64,000 nt of DNA from NCBI GenBank assembly GCA_010093605.1, contig MU004186.1:1282616-1346615 (forward strand), given 5' to 3'. The DNA comes from Lophium mytilinum (Eukaryota). The notes below the pieces were generated by a model. The model did no database searches and was not told the DNA's origin. It saw only the letters and a list, made by a program, of their open reading frames with translations. Positions 32,701-40,907 of this stretch are shown here, piece after piece. How positions within the stretch are numbered: position 1 is the first letter of the stretch; every line of letters starts with the position of its first letter. A program made the translations under genes and the position numbers.

Positions 32701-35419
32701 AGTAGCCGTGTTTGCCTCTGTGCTTCCAGTTTTCCAACAATACCACTCCATCTTCTTAGAGCTCATGAACAGATACGCCGCTCTGCACGGCTCAACCTGC
32801 AAGCTTTCCTACCGTCTAGCGAAGGTGTTCGTCCAAATTGGCACACAAGGATTTTGCACACCATCCGAGAAATCTGACGAGAAAGGTGACAAATCAGATA
32901 AGCTTGAGGACGGAACTGGACTCGGCGATGGTGAGGGCGCGGAAGATATCAGCAAGGACATCGGTGATGACGAGGACTTGACGGATTTGGCACAGCAAGA
33001 GGGCGAGAAGAAAGACAAAGAGGAGATAGAGGATGAAGAAGATGCTGTTGATATGGGCGAGCAGGAGATGGAGGGCGAGATGGGCGATGTGGAAAACAAG
33101 GAAGATGACGAAGATGGTAGCGAGAAGAGTGAGGGTGACGTCGAAAGCGAGGTTGGCGATGTAGATGATCTAGGACCGTCCACTGTGGACGAAAAAATGT
33201 GGGATGACGGTGGTGATGATGCCGAGAAGGACAGAGACGGAGACGACGGGAAAGGAGAGAAGAATGATGAGCAAGTTGCTGCTGGTGAGAAGGACGGGGA
33301 GAAGGAGAAAGAAAAGGGAGAAGGGAATGAAGACGAAGACTTGGAACCCGAGGAAGGTGCAGAGGAGCAGGAGAATGTCGGCATGGAGGAAAACGAAAAA
33401 ATGGATCCTCACACCGAGCAAGGGGAGACACTTGACCTGCCAGACGAGTTGAATATGGATGATGAGAATGACAAGGATGGAAAGGAGTCAGATGACGACA
33501 TGTTAGGGGACATGGACGATGAAGGTGTTGAGGAGATGGATGCAGAGGAGGGAGCCCCGGAACCAGATGTTGATCCGGACGTCAAAGAGGACGAAGCAGA
33601 TTCTCCTGGCAGCACGACTGGGCATATAGAGGACGAAGAAGATCACCCGGAGGACCAAACAGAGGGGCCAGAAGACATGGACGAAGGTGTCGCTCCCTTA
33701 CCGGATGACCAACCTATGCCAGACGACTCAAAATCAACCGAAGATGAAGCCACGGCCGACACAAGCGCCGAAGCTGGAGCCGGCATGGACGCTCAAGACG
33801 ACGTTCAGCATGACCAAGAAGCTTCTGCCAATGCAGCGAAACGGGATGAGGGTTCCAAAGGTGAAGCATCAGACCAAAATGACCAGGCCACTGCAGAAGA
33901 GGGGGAGACGGGCCGTACCAACCCTGACAGCGCCGGGCGTGGTGATGATGTGCCAGAGTCTGCTGCAAGTCAACCAATCAAGAAACTAGGCGATACTCTT
34001 GAGAAGTGGTACAACCAGCAACGCCATATTCAAGATGCTACCCAAAAAGACGAGAAGCAAGTGCAACAGACCGAGAAAGAGGTCGATATGGCTGATGCTG
34101 ACTTCGAGCATCTGGAGAATGAAGAGATGGAAGCTGACACGCAAGCTTTGGGCACCGCAACCGAAGAACAAGCTAAGACACTGGACGAGAGCATGGCCCT
34201 TCCGACAGACGAAAACGAGGAGCGCATTCCTGCTTTGCCTGAAGATAAGCAGGAGGAAGAAACCAACGAGGACGTTGATATGGCTGATGCCGATCCAACG
34301 CCGCAAGAACAACAGCGCCCTGACGGCGATGGTAGGCCCAAAGCGTTCGTTGGTGAACAGAAGCCTCTTGAACAAGACGACGATCAGGAAATGGAGGACG
34401 CTACCGAAGACCTCGATGACATTTCTGATACCGCCTCCTCCGTCTCTGAAGTCGAGAACCAGCTGTCCCTGACCCACCTCGACGTTGAATCCGAGCTTCC
34501 AACGCCGGAAACAGCCCGTGCCCTATGGCTTCACCACGAATCGAGTACGCACTCCCTTGCACAGACCTTGACCGAACATCTGCGCTTGATCCTCGCTCCC
34601 ACTCTAGCAACAAAGCTTCGCGGCGATTTCCGCACTGGTAAGCGTTTGAATCTCAAACGCATCATACCGTACATCGCGTCCGGCTACAAACGCGACAAGA
34701 TCTGGCTTCGACGCTCGCAGCCTTCGAAGCGAGCTTACCAGATCCTCGTCGCGCTGGACGATAGCCGCAGTATGGCTGAGTCCGGCGCCGCCAATCTAGC
34801 CCTCAAGACTCTAGCACTCATTACGCGCTCACTGGCAATGCTTGAAGTGGGCGAGGTTGCAGTTGTGGGCTTTGGCGACGACGTCAAGGTCGCTCATGAC
34901 TTTGACAAACCATTCACGAGCGATGCTGGAGCCAACGTATTCCAGCAGTTTGGGTTTGGGCAGCAGAAGACAGATGTACGGAAGCTTGTGGAGAGATCTC
35001 TGGGCTTGTTTGAAGAGGCGAGGTTGCGAGGGCAGGGCAGAGGCGACGATCTGTGGCAGCTGATGCTTGTGGTCTCGGATGGAATCTGCGACGGGCATGC
35101 TGAGATTCAGAGGCTGGTGCGGAAGGCGCAAGAGAGCAGAGTCATGATCGTCTTCGTGGTTGTGGACGCCACTGCTACCTCTGGAGTGGGAGAGAACGGC
35201 GACGGTGCAAAGGGGCCGGAGAAGGGCAAGGAGAAGCAGAGTGTGCTGGATCTGAAGTCCGTGGAGTTTGGAGCGGATGGCAAGATGGCGATAACGCGGT
35301 ACATGGACCGGTTCCCGTTCAGATGGTACCTCGTTGTGAGAGATGTAGCGGATCTGCCCGGGGTGTTGGCTACGGCATTGAGGCAATGGTTTGCGGAGGT
35401 CGTGGATGCGAGTGGGTGA
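20786..35419 (+). CDS. MDN1: Midasin (Rea1), dynein-related AAA+ ATPase for 60S maturation; apparently intronless, 4877 aa
   Basis: Six Walker-A sites (GLAGSGKT, GETGTGKT, GPTSSGKT, GDTGCGKT, GNPGVGKT, GPSGSGKS), long linker, D/E-rich tail, C-terminal MIDAS (DDSRSM, VVSDG). Confidence 0.98.
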   Translation: MASPVVLAVEALNSKATDTIFLEYEHLFVDICARWISSESQVSAKLAAFGRTIPFAPHLAEHVEYFLTKTYTEGFLGPASDSITEGELCELLLAVFRLLSFDDPDFAKYIRPLKLQELLSHSSKIARYLTARIFCLYLHASDAAMEELISKYVHRSLDSEPIHGEWEGIVIDYRFLSLWEEKRYKQLSLRRRATQTTESTANGPTKILNNISNLSLDVHGVLLPRLDGPTEGQEPCKVIPVPTTTRNLKDLAVGLLDPSPLLLTGLAGSGKTLLVRHLAWHLRKLSSMVTLHLNEQSDAKLLLGMYATGAKPGTFSWRPGVLTTAVREGRWIFIEDLDRAPNEVISTLLPLIERGELLIPSRGETIRAARGFKIIATIRTTLNSKGEELVPRSNMIGYRFWRTVGIQMPSLEEFREVIAQNHRTILPHIPAVLRVYTQLQQLYREARFASENGTSLRALTPRDLLKWCDRLSALLAGTSSFTTENMDDVFMEAFDCFAGSLHNDLARARVMACVAEELHIDPQRRDHLLSRREVRFEVNTKITSSGVMRIGRAKLPRHRKANANSLASARPFSTNEYTLRLLEKIAVAVDRKEPLLLVGETGTGKTTCIQFLADQLGRKLVPFNLSQQSESGDLLGGYKPVNIRSLIIPMKDEFDTLFDSTFSRRRNHRFVEVLGKQVAKREWKRVCKLWREALRMLETARTSQESRASSEDAESEQPKKKRKVDSLPADFPKSRWEKFAADLNDLEAQLSSGSEGFAFSFLEGNIVKAVRNGDWVLLDEINLASSDTLEALTDLLGGGPEGTPSILLTETGNVERVIAHPDFRVFAAMNPATDVGKKDLPPGIRSRFTELYVESPDGDVRSLRSIVEKYLGGDSTDPSIRKIALDVTELYLEIQQLAKSNILVDGADQQAHFSLRTLTRALSYARETASLCTLRRALFEGFNMSFLTFLSRASEDVATPLIKKHLFSSQSSIKTELGKPLKKPDNSRSYVQEGAYWLRQGPYPVEDQPHYIITPFVRRNMNNLIRAASTRRYPVLIQGPTSSGKTSMIEYLAKRSGNKFVRINNHEHTDLQEYLGTYISGADGKLIFQEGILIRALREGHWIVLDELNLAPTDVLEALNRLLDDNRELLIPETQEVVRPHEDFMLFATQNPAGLYGGRKALSRAFRNRFLELHFDDIPVEELTEILHRRTQIPESWCKRIVKIYEELSALRQENRLFEQKSFATLRDLFRWALRKAESVQDLAVNGYMLLAERVRKPEERQAVKKIIETVMSKGGARVSIDERSLYSAEKSSELQFYRDRVGTNDSAVWTGAMRRLFVLVAHAISNNEPVLLVGDTGCGKTTVCQLLAEACGKQLHIVNAHQNTETGDLIGAQRPIRNRAAIESDLHRRLLVDLDAVGVKLAPSEMDLGRLLALYDQLDYDTLSLIPIDHREEIKTNRTKAAALFEWADGSLVHAMKEGQFFLLDEISLADDSVLERLNSVLEPQRTLLLAEKGLVDSLIVGCEGFQFLATMNPGGDYGKKELSPALRNRFTEIWVPSLSDVNDIVQIVRAKLNPEALQYAESMVSFAQWFNQKYNTSVTSSVSIRDTLAWVNFINGCQSSDTLFGVVHGAAMVFVDTLGANPAGLLAISSSRIDVERQECLRQLSELLDIDASHIYFEDITMTASDDQLTLGSFSIPKVQITQEDRSFSLDAPTTRSNAMRVVRALQLSKSILLEGNPGVGKTTLVTAIARAVGRPLARLNLSEQTDLMDLFGSDVPIEGAQAGTFAWRDAPFLKAMKRGEWVLLDEMNLASQSVLEGLNAVLDHRGEVYISELDQTFHKHPDFRVFAAQNPHHQGGGRKGLPASFVNRFTVVYADIFKPEDLMLICKQVYPQFNPEEASKLITFVAELDEQVVNLRKFGTYGSPWEFNLRDTLRWLQLLTTTDGLLPSGNARDFLDTIFTQRFRNEADRNQVVDLFCATYGIQQARKSYYHNLGLDTLQVGMGFLKRNNRLAPCKDTQMLHKSRYAAAESLMICAQKNWPVILVGPSGSGKSSLVTHIAGATGATLVTFAMNADIDAMDLVGGFEQVDPARQIHRYIAKLKSFVQSRLVEDQSSQSSLYYLTILMHINLSLTNISSDLFSLLEMAAREDSQCVQLFEELRYLQSSSNVIDGGRFQWVDGILVQALEEGSWLVLDNANLCSASVLDRLNSLLEPDGYLSINEHPTEDGEARVVRPHPNFRIILTMDARYGELSRAMRNRAVEIFLLAESSTTLHSHPVIAYPMESSMYRFRHFTTRATEHPSLPTSQLGLAFDHLSIGDMSYAQSFATDVSKGLISNEAIRTHTHFTNGSTNGIISKHAAISREDDMLVKPNGVAQPFSIQERLDALLQALDSWVPKGKEMYTKIATEVGLSWSFAISQSYHPLNNEVVVCRDTNLTDAAISASWICSFVFEIEKMKTALDWMPTRSLERRPEKNRIPEFLLALWQALSTWLEHVWQAGSLPPLLDSLSRMKTLFWELYNMSIATGFDRATLHTYVAMLVDLSISLQQFDQPTAIMSSTIATSLTVFRSGTHLTSGLCMERVWLRFKPTTSTSTSALDTLLKLEALADRFDAIIWRSHVSFDDLARTRETFSSAIGLLQEVDLDGEELVTSLESGVHDLEQKVVKDDYQITPYFEQVFEGVCQFLDLLSSDNSGLDYQSRASRSMASLLARRPTKSAMTSTGGNPPLRFFHLCSYLGIRTPGGKDIALSNQFQAAALDKLTHVESVSLRQLDSFEFELNLLGQVIGSESQSLAHDQFLTLKEHLGALTHELAAIVETYSDDKPGDTKSQSFINTNLGQCLEYSTLAEEDLSNISTASKAWISLALAGIKLYIPDRPFDPALRPMMERRFFNDHKAGLEEKLNALQGFEQHFTGNETTLRIRLARQELQALGEEPQVAAVVRPDVSELEVLQGELDNLLNVVRPLLEGTATAEDLSRDHTFRQNISHIIRRLTEGYRYYDDITGPAVGFLLCLNIGLSLAAQSHLVHKPSSEAVAYLSAHTPFLGLNRHEVNASFYEAELGNVLKQRHPDTDLRWHFLQHMAIDVAMMAPFGCSELHNLTHDVFSSFFTEWKERLQLDQEKEAADHSLYTYRGGDDDEDNDEEDLSLFPDYEREVDDSVPVSSRLSQDLVVRLSDLHEKIFLGSYSGPEMTKDLLHWSTREIGKLTKKDTDCAFKSSPEDMLPAIFVEIGRGIDTLSTGGVARNYNFYFDPNIVQGKRFINLIHKLQHRYRQIREVWPEHATLGEVLRTCDEALAFGHTEPVAKFLTKAEKLHSYVYEWQRVTSREFSTSALYDELTNLLVSWRQLELTTWARLFDIEMEKCNNAAKSWWFIAYETIVAAPESLQSADVRSHAKGLLKALEGFFSSTTIGQFSQRLLLLKQFSNHVKLRIQEAPLLQTINLALENFISYYSKFKAQVQETLAKGRKVLEKQMKEVILLASWKDTNIEALKQSAKTSHRKLTKLVRKFRALLNQSFAGVLSKGFPDLGALSPLQGNPEVATAHVDHALIEKICSIHVPDWNSRQSRFKNIPVTISIMRSKSQPNPSSLNASEQVNDFITELESSIAELQKATPAYLTEENKTEVKHLKSRKRKLFVDTLKTLKEMGFKWNFGTDALENQDSLSTVLARLPALPTSGGTVTAAESHLYQTLSIMQQVREVAKEHPGDLTGEQVARAIGFLESLLQSSIRQRTTLARTVETSQSTLSNLSVYQALKDPISRISQLGTPEERDLLRTPHAQVEDGQSLLNVVQWLVVILDVGIDLINTQAKLAKLELSSVTTGLATWKITFEKLLSEGSSLPSLPENISTGDHVRIYKLFGQSLYDLESDIKKWIGDFPVAKCTLKQILPFVQFEFTTSSSETDQATYITVKDMTSQILTTVDKILGSMQDVESALANLPLSPEDPAWFIKEENVLSKTINAMQVPMIAGELQGLADSIQKVQDTDTTNSGIKIIVAVFASVLPVFQQYHSIFLELMNRYAALHGSTCKLSYRLAKVFVQIGTQGFCTPSEKSDEKGDKSDKLEDGTGLGDGEGAEDISKDIGDDEDLTDLAQQEGEKKDKEEIEDEEDAVDMGEQEMEGEMGDVENKEDDEDGSEKSEGDVESEVGDVDDLGPSTVDEKMWDDGGDDAEKDRDGDDGKGEKNDEQVAAGEKDGEKEKEKGEGNEDEDLEPEEGAEEQENVGMEENEKMDPHTEQGETLDLPDELNMDDENDKDGKESDDDMLGDMDDEGVEEMDAEEGAPEPDVDPDVKEDEADSPGSTTGHIEDEEDHPEDQTEGPEDMDEGVAPLPDDQPMPDDSKSTEDEATADTSAEAGAGMDAQDDVQHDQEASANAAKRDEGSKGEASDQNDQATAEEGETGRTNPDSAGRGDDVPESAASQPIKKLGDTLEKWYNQQRHIQDATQKDEKQVQQTEKEVDMADADFEHLENEEMEADTQALGTATEEQAKTLDESMALPTDENEERIPALPEDKQEEETNEDVDMADADPTPQEQQRPDGDGRPKAFVGEQKPLEQDDDQEMEDATEDLDDISDTASSVSEVENQLSLTHLDVESELPTPETARALWLHHESSTHSLAQTLTEHLRLILAPTLATKLRGDFRTGKRLNLKRIIPYIASGYKRDKIWLRRSQPSKRAYQILVALDDSRSMAESGAANLALKTLALITRSLAMLEVGEVAVVGFGDDVKVAHDFDKPFTSDAGANVFQQFGFGQQKTDVRKLVERSLGLFEEARLRGQGRGDDLWQLMLVVSDGICDGHAEIQRLVRKAQESRVMIVFVVVDATATSGVGENGDGAKGPEKGKEKQSVLDLKSVEFGADGKMAITRYMDRFPFRWYLVVRDVADLPGVLATALRQWFAEVVDASG

Positions 35420-35930
35420 TTTCATTAGAGCTTCATTCTTTTTGTTTGGTGTCTTCGTAAAAGTTTGCTTTTGGTAGGCGGGTCTGATAATACGGTTATT
35501 TGAGGATGCGTTCATTGGTGGTGAACTAGATCTCGTAATTTGAAATGGCTACTCGCAATGCAGTGAAATGGACTCAGATCCATCAGCTATCAATTTGTTC
35601 GTTCCTGACACGCATATTCCTAGGTGGATAGTTGCTATCTTGTTCCGATTTCTACGAAAGGAATGAAGCACCCCAAGCAGTGGCAAACACGCGTACACAC
35701 CAACGACGACTAGTCCTAGAATAAAGCTGCCTCCTTTTGTACCCCATCCCCAATGAATGAATGAGACTACAGCGATCGATGCAGGAACGTTTACGAAACA
35801 GTGTGACACCTTAGAAAACCCACACGTGATCTGCTAGGTTCGACTTTCTCTAGGCTTTGTAAAAGAGCTTGTTGTGGCTTCGCGAAACGTTGCGGGGAAC
35901 TTGCATCCCTCCATTACATTCATAAGGGGA

Positions 35931-36385
35931 GGATGTAAGAGCATATAAACGCTATATTGCTTGGCAACCTTGGAAATCTTCGGGCTCTGTTACAAAGTTC
36001 GGTTGATGATTAAGCCTGCTGCAGTGGTCGAGTTAGCGCTGTTCAAGCCCTCCTCGGGGGTGAGGGAACAATGTTGAAACATTGACTCTTCTGTACCACT
36101 GGGTAGGTCGACGGATCAACTGTCCTTACTAATAGTTCTCGAATTCCTTTTTGCTCTTATCCTTTTTTCCGGGACACCGGCCGGGGTGTAAGAGCATATA
36201 TTCCTTATTTTACTTAGCAAATTCAAACCTTCGAGCACTGCTACAATGTTCAGCTGTTCTTTAAGCTTGTCCCAGTGGTCGTATCAACGCCGTTCAAGCC
36301 CGTCCGGGGGCGAGGAAATAACGTTCGGAACATTCAATCTTCTTTACCTCTGGGTAGGTTAACGGATCAGTTGTCCTTAATGAGG
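35931..36385. repeat. Degenerate tandem duplication, period ~252 bp
   Basis: TGTAAGAGCATATA at ~35934 and ~36187; GTTCAAGCCC..TGGGTAGGT..ACGGATCA..TGTCCTTA at ~36041 and ~36292. Confidence 0.8.
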
Positions 36386-36452
36386 TTGAGAGAGTATTGT
36401 CATTTCTGAGCTACCTAACTTGCAGCTTCGAGGGCCAAGTCTTGCCTTTAAA

Positions 36453-37567
36453 TCATCTCGCAAACTTCTCCCGCAACGTCTTCATCATCCACTCCTCTGT
36501 AACGACTTCCGCAAACTTCTGGTCCATGTCGAACAGGTTATTGTCATTAACACTCTCGTGGCGATCTCCACAGGCTTCTCGTACGACAAACGGGCAGAAA
36601 CCATGCTGCATCGCATCCACTGCGCTTTTATTAGTACTTGAACCCCAGAATCGGAGATATACAATCGCTTACGGGTCGTTGCCCGCACACAGCCACTCGT
36701 CGAATACCCGATACAGACGGTAGTATCAATGCCCATGCTTGTGAGCAAACTCGCTAAGCTTGTACCAAAGAAACTGCTGCTGTATTGCTTGTACACGATC
36801 ACTTCATCTTCCCGTGGAACGACTCCTTCGGCGAACTCGCGCATAGGGTTGCCCTCGTCATAAGCATTGAGAACATTCGGGAGTTTGTACTTGTACCATT
36901 TACCTCCGCTCAACCCTGTTGGGAAGTAATCGTTAGTACGAGTGATAGGGACACCAATTTGTTACTTCTCAATTTGCATTTTTTGTATTTGAATAAGACG
37001 AAGGGGGTCATACCTTTGGCGTTGAATATCACAGACGTAAAAATTATAGGCAGACCTAGGCTACGAAACTCGTCTATCAATCGAACGATAGAGTCTCGAG
37101 CCTTATCAAAGCGTTCGGGAGCGTATAGTGGACATCCTAGTAGCGAAGTGATCAGCGACTAGCCAACTTGAATAGTGACAGGCCACAATTCTGGGGTCCC
37201 CCGCAGGGTTTCGAAGGCTCAAGGGCGATGTCAAACTTCAAGCAGTGCAGATTAGACTGCCTCTTGACTTATTGCCTGCCTAGCATCCAGGCTACCCCCA
37301 ACAGTAGTGTTGAGTGGGCAGGGTGGAGCCGAGTCCGTGTGCCCAGATTTGTGGTCTAGGACCGGAACTCAAATGGAACGAGTTACCTGGAGTGTGGTAT
37401 GCCTTGACGGCATCGATAACTATGAGGGCAGGCTTGTCTCCAAAAGGTAGTTTATTCTTTCCGTAGCATTGCGCGTAGTTATCTGCGATATTCCTACTAT
37501 TAGTATATTGGCTAAATCATTCCAGAGGCGTGCATTACTGACCCGCTAGATCCTGAAATTCTGACAT
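36453..37567 (-). CDS. Isochorismatase-family cysteine hydrolase (N-carbamoylsarcosine/maleamate amidase-like), 5 exons
   Basis: Spliced product has FGDKPALIVIDAVKAY, YKQYSSSFFGTSLASLL, GYSTSGCVRATTLDAMQHGF, EACGDR, LFDMDQKFAEV. The Asp-Lys-Cys triad is present. Confidence 0.88.
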
Positions 37568-37642
37568 TTTTCTATACCTGCGTCCCGGTTCGATGACTTT
37601 GGATTTACTATTAATTTCCCTCATACAATGTCATAGACTGCT

Positions 37643-38000
37643 TTATCTATAATCATCTCCACGGAGATACCCACTGTCGAGTTGTGATACATGCGGGCAG
37701 CGGGCATCGGAAGCCGCAAGCCGAAGATTTACCCCACGCGGAAAAGATCGCCAGTGACCTAGTGAACGTCTTATCAAACGTCAACCTTCGGATAGCTATC
37801 AACTATGGATCATCAGGGCGGAATTTGCGGTCGTGGAGACTGATTTGCTTATAAGCGGCCCATAAAGTTATTCCCGACCTTGCCAAGAGTCTTTAAGGTT
37901 TCGCTAGGTGTAATGTATCCAACGTCCTAACGTCGGTAATTGATAAACCTCTAACTTTATCGTTGTTTCTTGAAAGTCGGAAGATACCCGTCGGAGATAC
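37643..38000. promoter_or_regulatory. GATA-rich bidirectional promoter with a repeated CGG(A)AGATAC motif
   Basis: GATAA/TTATC at 37643, 37771, 37942 and 37957; CGGAGATAC at 37662 and 37992; CGGAAGATAC at 37978. Confidence 0.5.
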
Positions 38001-38094
38001 ACGCTTTCGCCGATCGAGTTGCGGTGGTACATACATACATGCCTGCCCTTGACGGGACTCGAGGTTACTAAGTCACGACTTTACGACGACCACG

Positions 38095-40387
38095 ATGGCT
38101 GGCTTGCAGATCCTCGATCCCAGCGCTGGCTATGGTATAACGATTGGAATCGGCTTTGCGTTTGCAGTTTTTATGGTCGGGTTTACGCTTGTAAGAACAC
38201 TATTCCAGCATCAGCTCTGCGAAACGTCGCTCACCTCCACCCAGATTTCAAACCGATATGGCTCGCACAACACCTTCAAGTCCACCGAGGAATTCAATAC
38301 TGCCTCACGATCTATTAAACCGGGTAAGCTTGCCTCTTGCTAGCAATGAAAAGCGCTTTGACTAACCATTGGCTCAGGTATGATTGCTGCGGGCATCGTT
38401 TCCAGCTGGACGCACGCTTCGACCCTCCTAACCAGCTGCACCCTTGCGTACTCCTACGGTGTCTCTGGCGGACTCTGGTACGGCGCATTCGGCACATTCC
38501 AAACGCTCTTCTTCGCCTTTACAGCCTTCCGCATCAAAGAGCGCTCAAACAACGCCCACACGTTCCCGGGTATGTCACCTGACCCCAACGAGCCCCATTC
38601 CAACACCAAACTCAAAACCCCTAGAAATCGTCCTCCAAAAACACGGCAAAATCGCGCACATCCTCTTCACCATCCTCGGCTTGATTGCCAACCTCATCGC
38701 CGGAGCGGCCCTCATGGCCGGCGGCGGCGCCGTCATCTCCTCCCTAACCGGCATGAACATCTGGGCCGCATACTGGATCCTCCCCCTCGTAATCACCGCC
38801 TACATCGTCGTCGGCGGGCTGCGATCCACCTTCATATGCGATTACCTCCACACGATCATCCTGTACGCCTGCATCTTCACTTTCATGTTCCAGATCTACG
38901 CCGTGAACCCGGACATCGGGTCCCCAAGCCGGCTCTACGACCTCCTCAAGTCCGCGGAGGCGAAACACCCAGCCGCATCTGACAACGGTTCGTTCTTAAC
39001 GGTCAAGTCGCATGCAGGTCTGGTCAAAGCGGTGACAATTCTGCTGGGCGGGTTTAGCAATGTCTGGACGGATCAAGCGTACTGGCAGCGAGCCATCGCG
39101 TCAAGCCCGACGACCGCGGTGAAGGGGTATATCATGGGTTCGTTCGCGTGGTACGCCATCCCCTTCGGCATGTCAACCGCTTGTGGTCTCGCGGCTGCCG
39201 CGTTGCAGGGGAACGATATGCTCCGCGTCGTTCTATCCAAGGCTGATGTTTCCGCCGGGCTTGCTGGGCCGGCTGCTATCATCTCCCTCATGGGCGGAAC
39301 CGGCGCATATCTCTTCATTATTCTTGTATTCATGGCCGTCACGTCCTCAGTATCAGCTGAGAGCATCGCGGCGAGTTCGCTGCTGACGTTCGACGTCTAC
39401 AAGTCTTACATCAACCCAAAAGCGTCCGTGAAAGCGCTGCTCTGGGTCTCGATCATTGGCTTGGTCGTCTACGGGATTGCGTTATCGACGATATCGTGTA
39501 TCTTCCACGCTGCGGGGATCTCGCTGAACTATCTGATTAGTATCTTAGTAAGGGCTCATAAATCACGTGATAAGGTGTATTTTTTAGCTGACTGTACCTA
39601 GGCCTGTCTTCTAGGTGGCGGCGCCCTACCCATGGCCTTCATCGTCCTCTGGGACGGCACATCCACTTTCGCCGCAATTGTCTCGCCTATCGTGGGGCTC
39701 TGCTCCGGGCTGATCTCCTGGATGGTCTGTACGAAAGTGCGCTCGGGGAGCATTACTATCGCAACTACTGGCGACGTCTACAACAGCTTAACAGGCGACT
39801 GCGTCAGTTTGGGCATGGGCCTTGTTTGCATCGTTGTACTTTCCCTTCTCGTCCCTGATAAGAAGAGCGTCGTGCTCGAGACGATCGACGGACAGGACGT
39901 ACCCGATTCTGAAGAGGCACAGCAAAGCACCGGGTCCGGAAATCTCCCTCATGACAAGAAGGGGAGCATGGACGAGAAAGCCGTAGAGGCGACGACGACT
40001 GCCGATCCCCGGGCCGAGCCGCACAAAGTCCTCAAGTCGTCTATGGCTGAGGCAATCAAGCCTGTCCTTGAAGAGCCGGCTGTTCCCATGTGCGCACTTA
40101 CGCCGGAGGAAGTCCGCTCGCAAAAACGACTTGCGCTGATCGCGTTGATTGTTGGGACGCTGGGTTTTATGATTATTCTGCCTTTTACGCTGTACGGCAC
40201 CGGCTACGTTTTTTCGAGAGGATTCTTTACAGGATACGTGGTAATCGCGTTCATATGGGCCTGGGCGAGCTTCTTGATTTGTGTGATTTTACCTCTCTGG
40301 GAGAGTAGGGTCGATATGCTGTATGTGTTTGGGGCGATGTGGAGGGATGCTAGGAGAGAGAAGTTGCATCATACGGAAGGACATTAG
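38095..40387 (+). CDS. Urea/amide active transporter, Dur3-like sodium:solute symporter family, multi-exon
   Basis: EEFNTASRSIKPG-MIAAGIVSSWT, AHTFPE-IV, YIVVGGLRSTFICDYLHT, DQAYWQRAIAS, VILPLWES; many TM segments. Confidence 0.92.
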
Positions 40388-40907
40388 GAGGTGAAAATGG
40401 AGAACTGGCGAATAGAAAGAGAGCAAGCTGTACGTTTCGCATACCTCTTTGCTCACGTTTTGTTTTATGTGCGTCCTCTGTGATCATACAAGTCACGAAC
40501 GGTCTTGATCTGAACAACTTCGATTTGACGGCATCTTTTTGGCCATGCTTTTTATTGTCGTTGACTTACAGCTAATGGGAGTAGCACCAATCCACTCTCG
40601 ATTGATAGCCACAGACTTTGATGAAGCCCGTTTCGCAGCTAGGGAATGGTGGTGCAATCTTCTTCTGATCGGCTCAGCTTTCTCGTGAAAGAACGTCTTT
40701 CAGTCCCTTCATCAGTGACAAGGATTCAAAGTGTGTCCCCACTCTTTCTTTAGCCACGTCTCCTCCTCGATCCAATCGAAAGGTGCCCCTCAAGCTCATG
40801 GAGGAGCTGAAAGGTGACATTGGAGATAGGTCATAGGATAGGTTAGTAGAGCACCATACGTTTAAGCTTCTTAACCAGATGGTGGCGGTATTGAGCTCTC
40901 AGTCCAC

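Noticed and set aside
35837..35845. GGTTCGACT tRNA T-loop/B-box-like motif
   Set aside because: No T-stem, A-box or cloverleaf.
37322..37339. GGTGGAGCCGAGTCCGTG resembles the 10.4-kb repeat core
   Set aside because: 17-nt gapped match with no flanking similarity; compatible with chance.
37138..38100. TPP riboswitch in the long isochorismatase intron or upstream of the Dur3-like transporter
   Set aside because: Conserved CTGAGA and CTTGAT..GATAAT aptamer blocks were not found on either strand.
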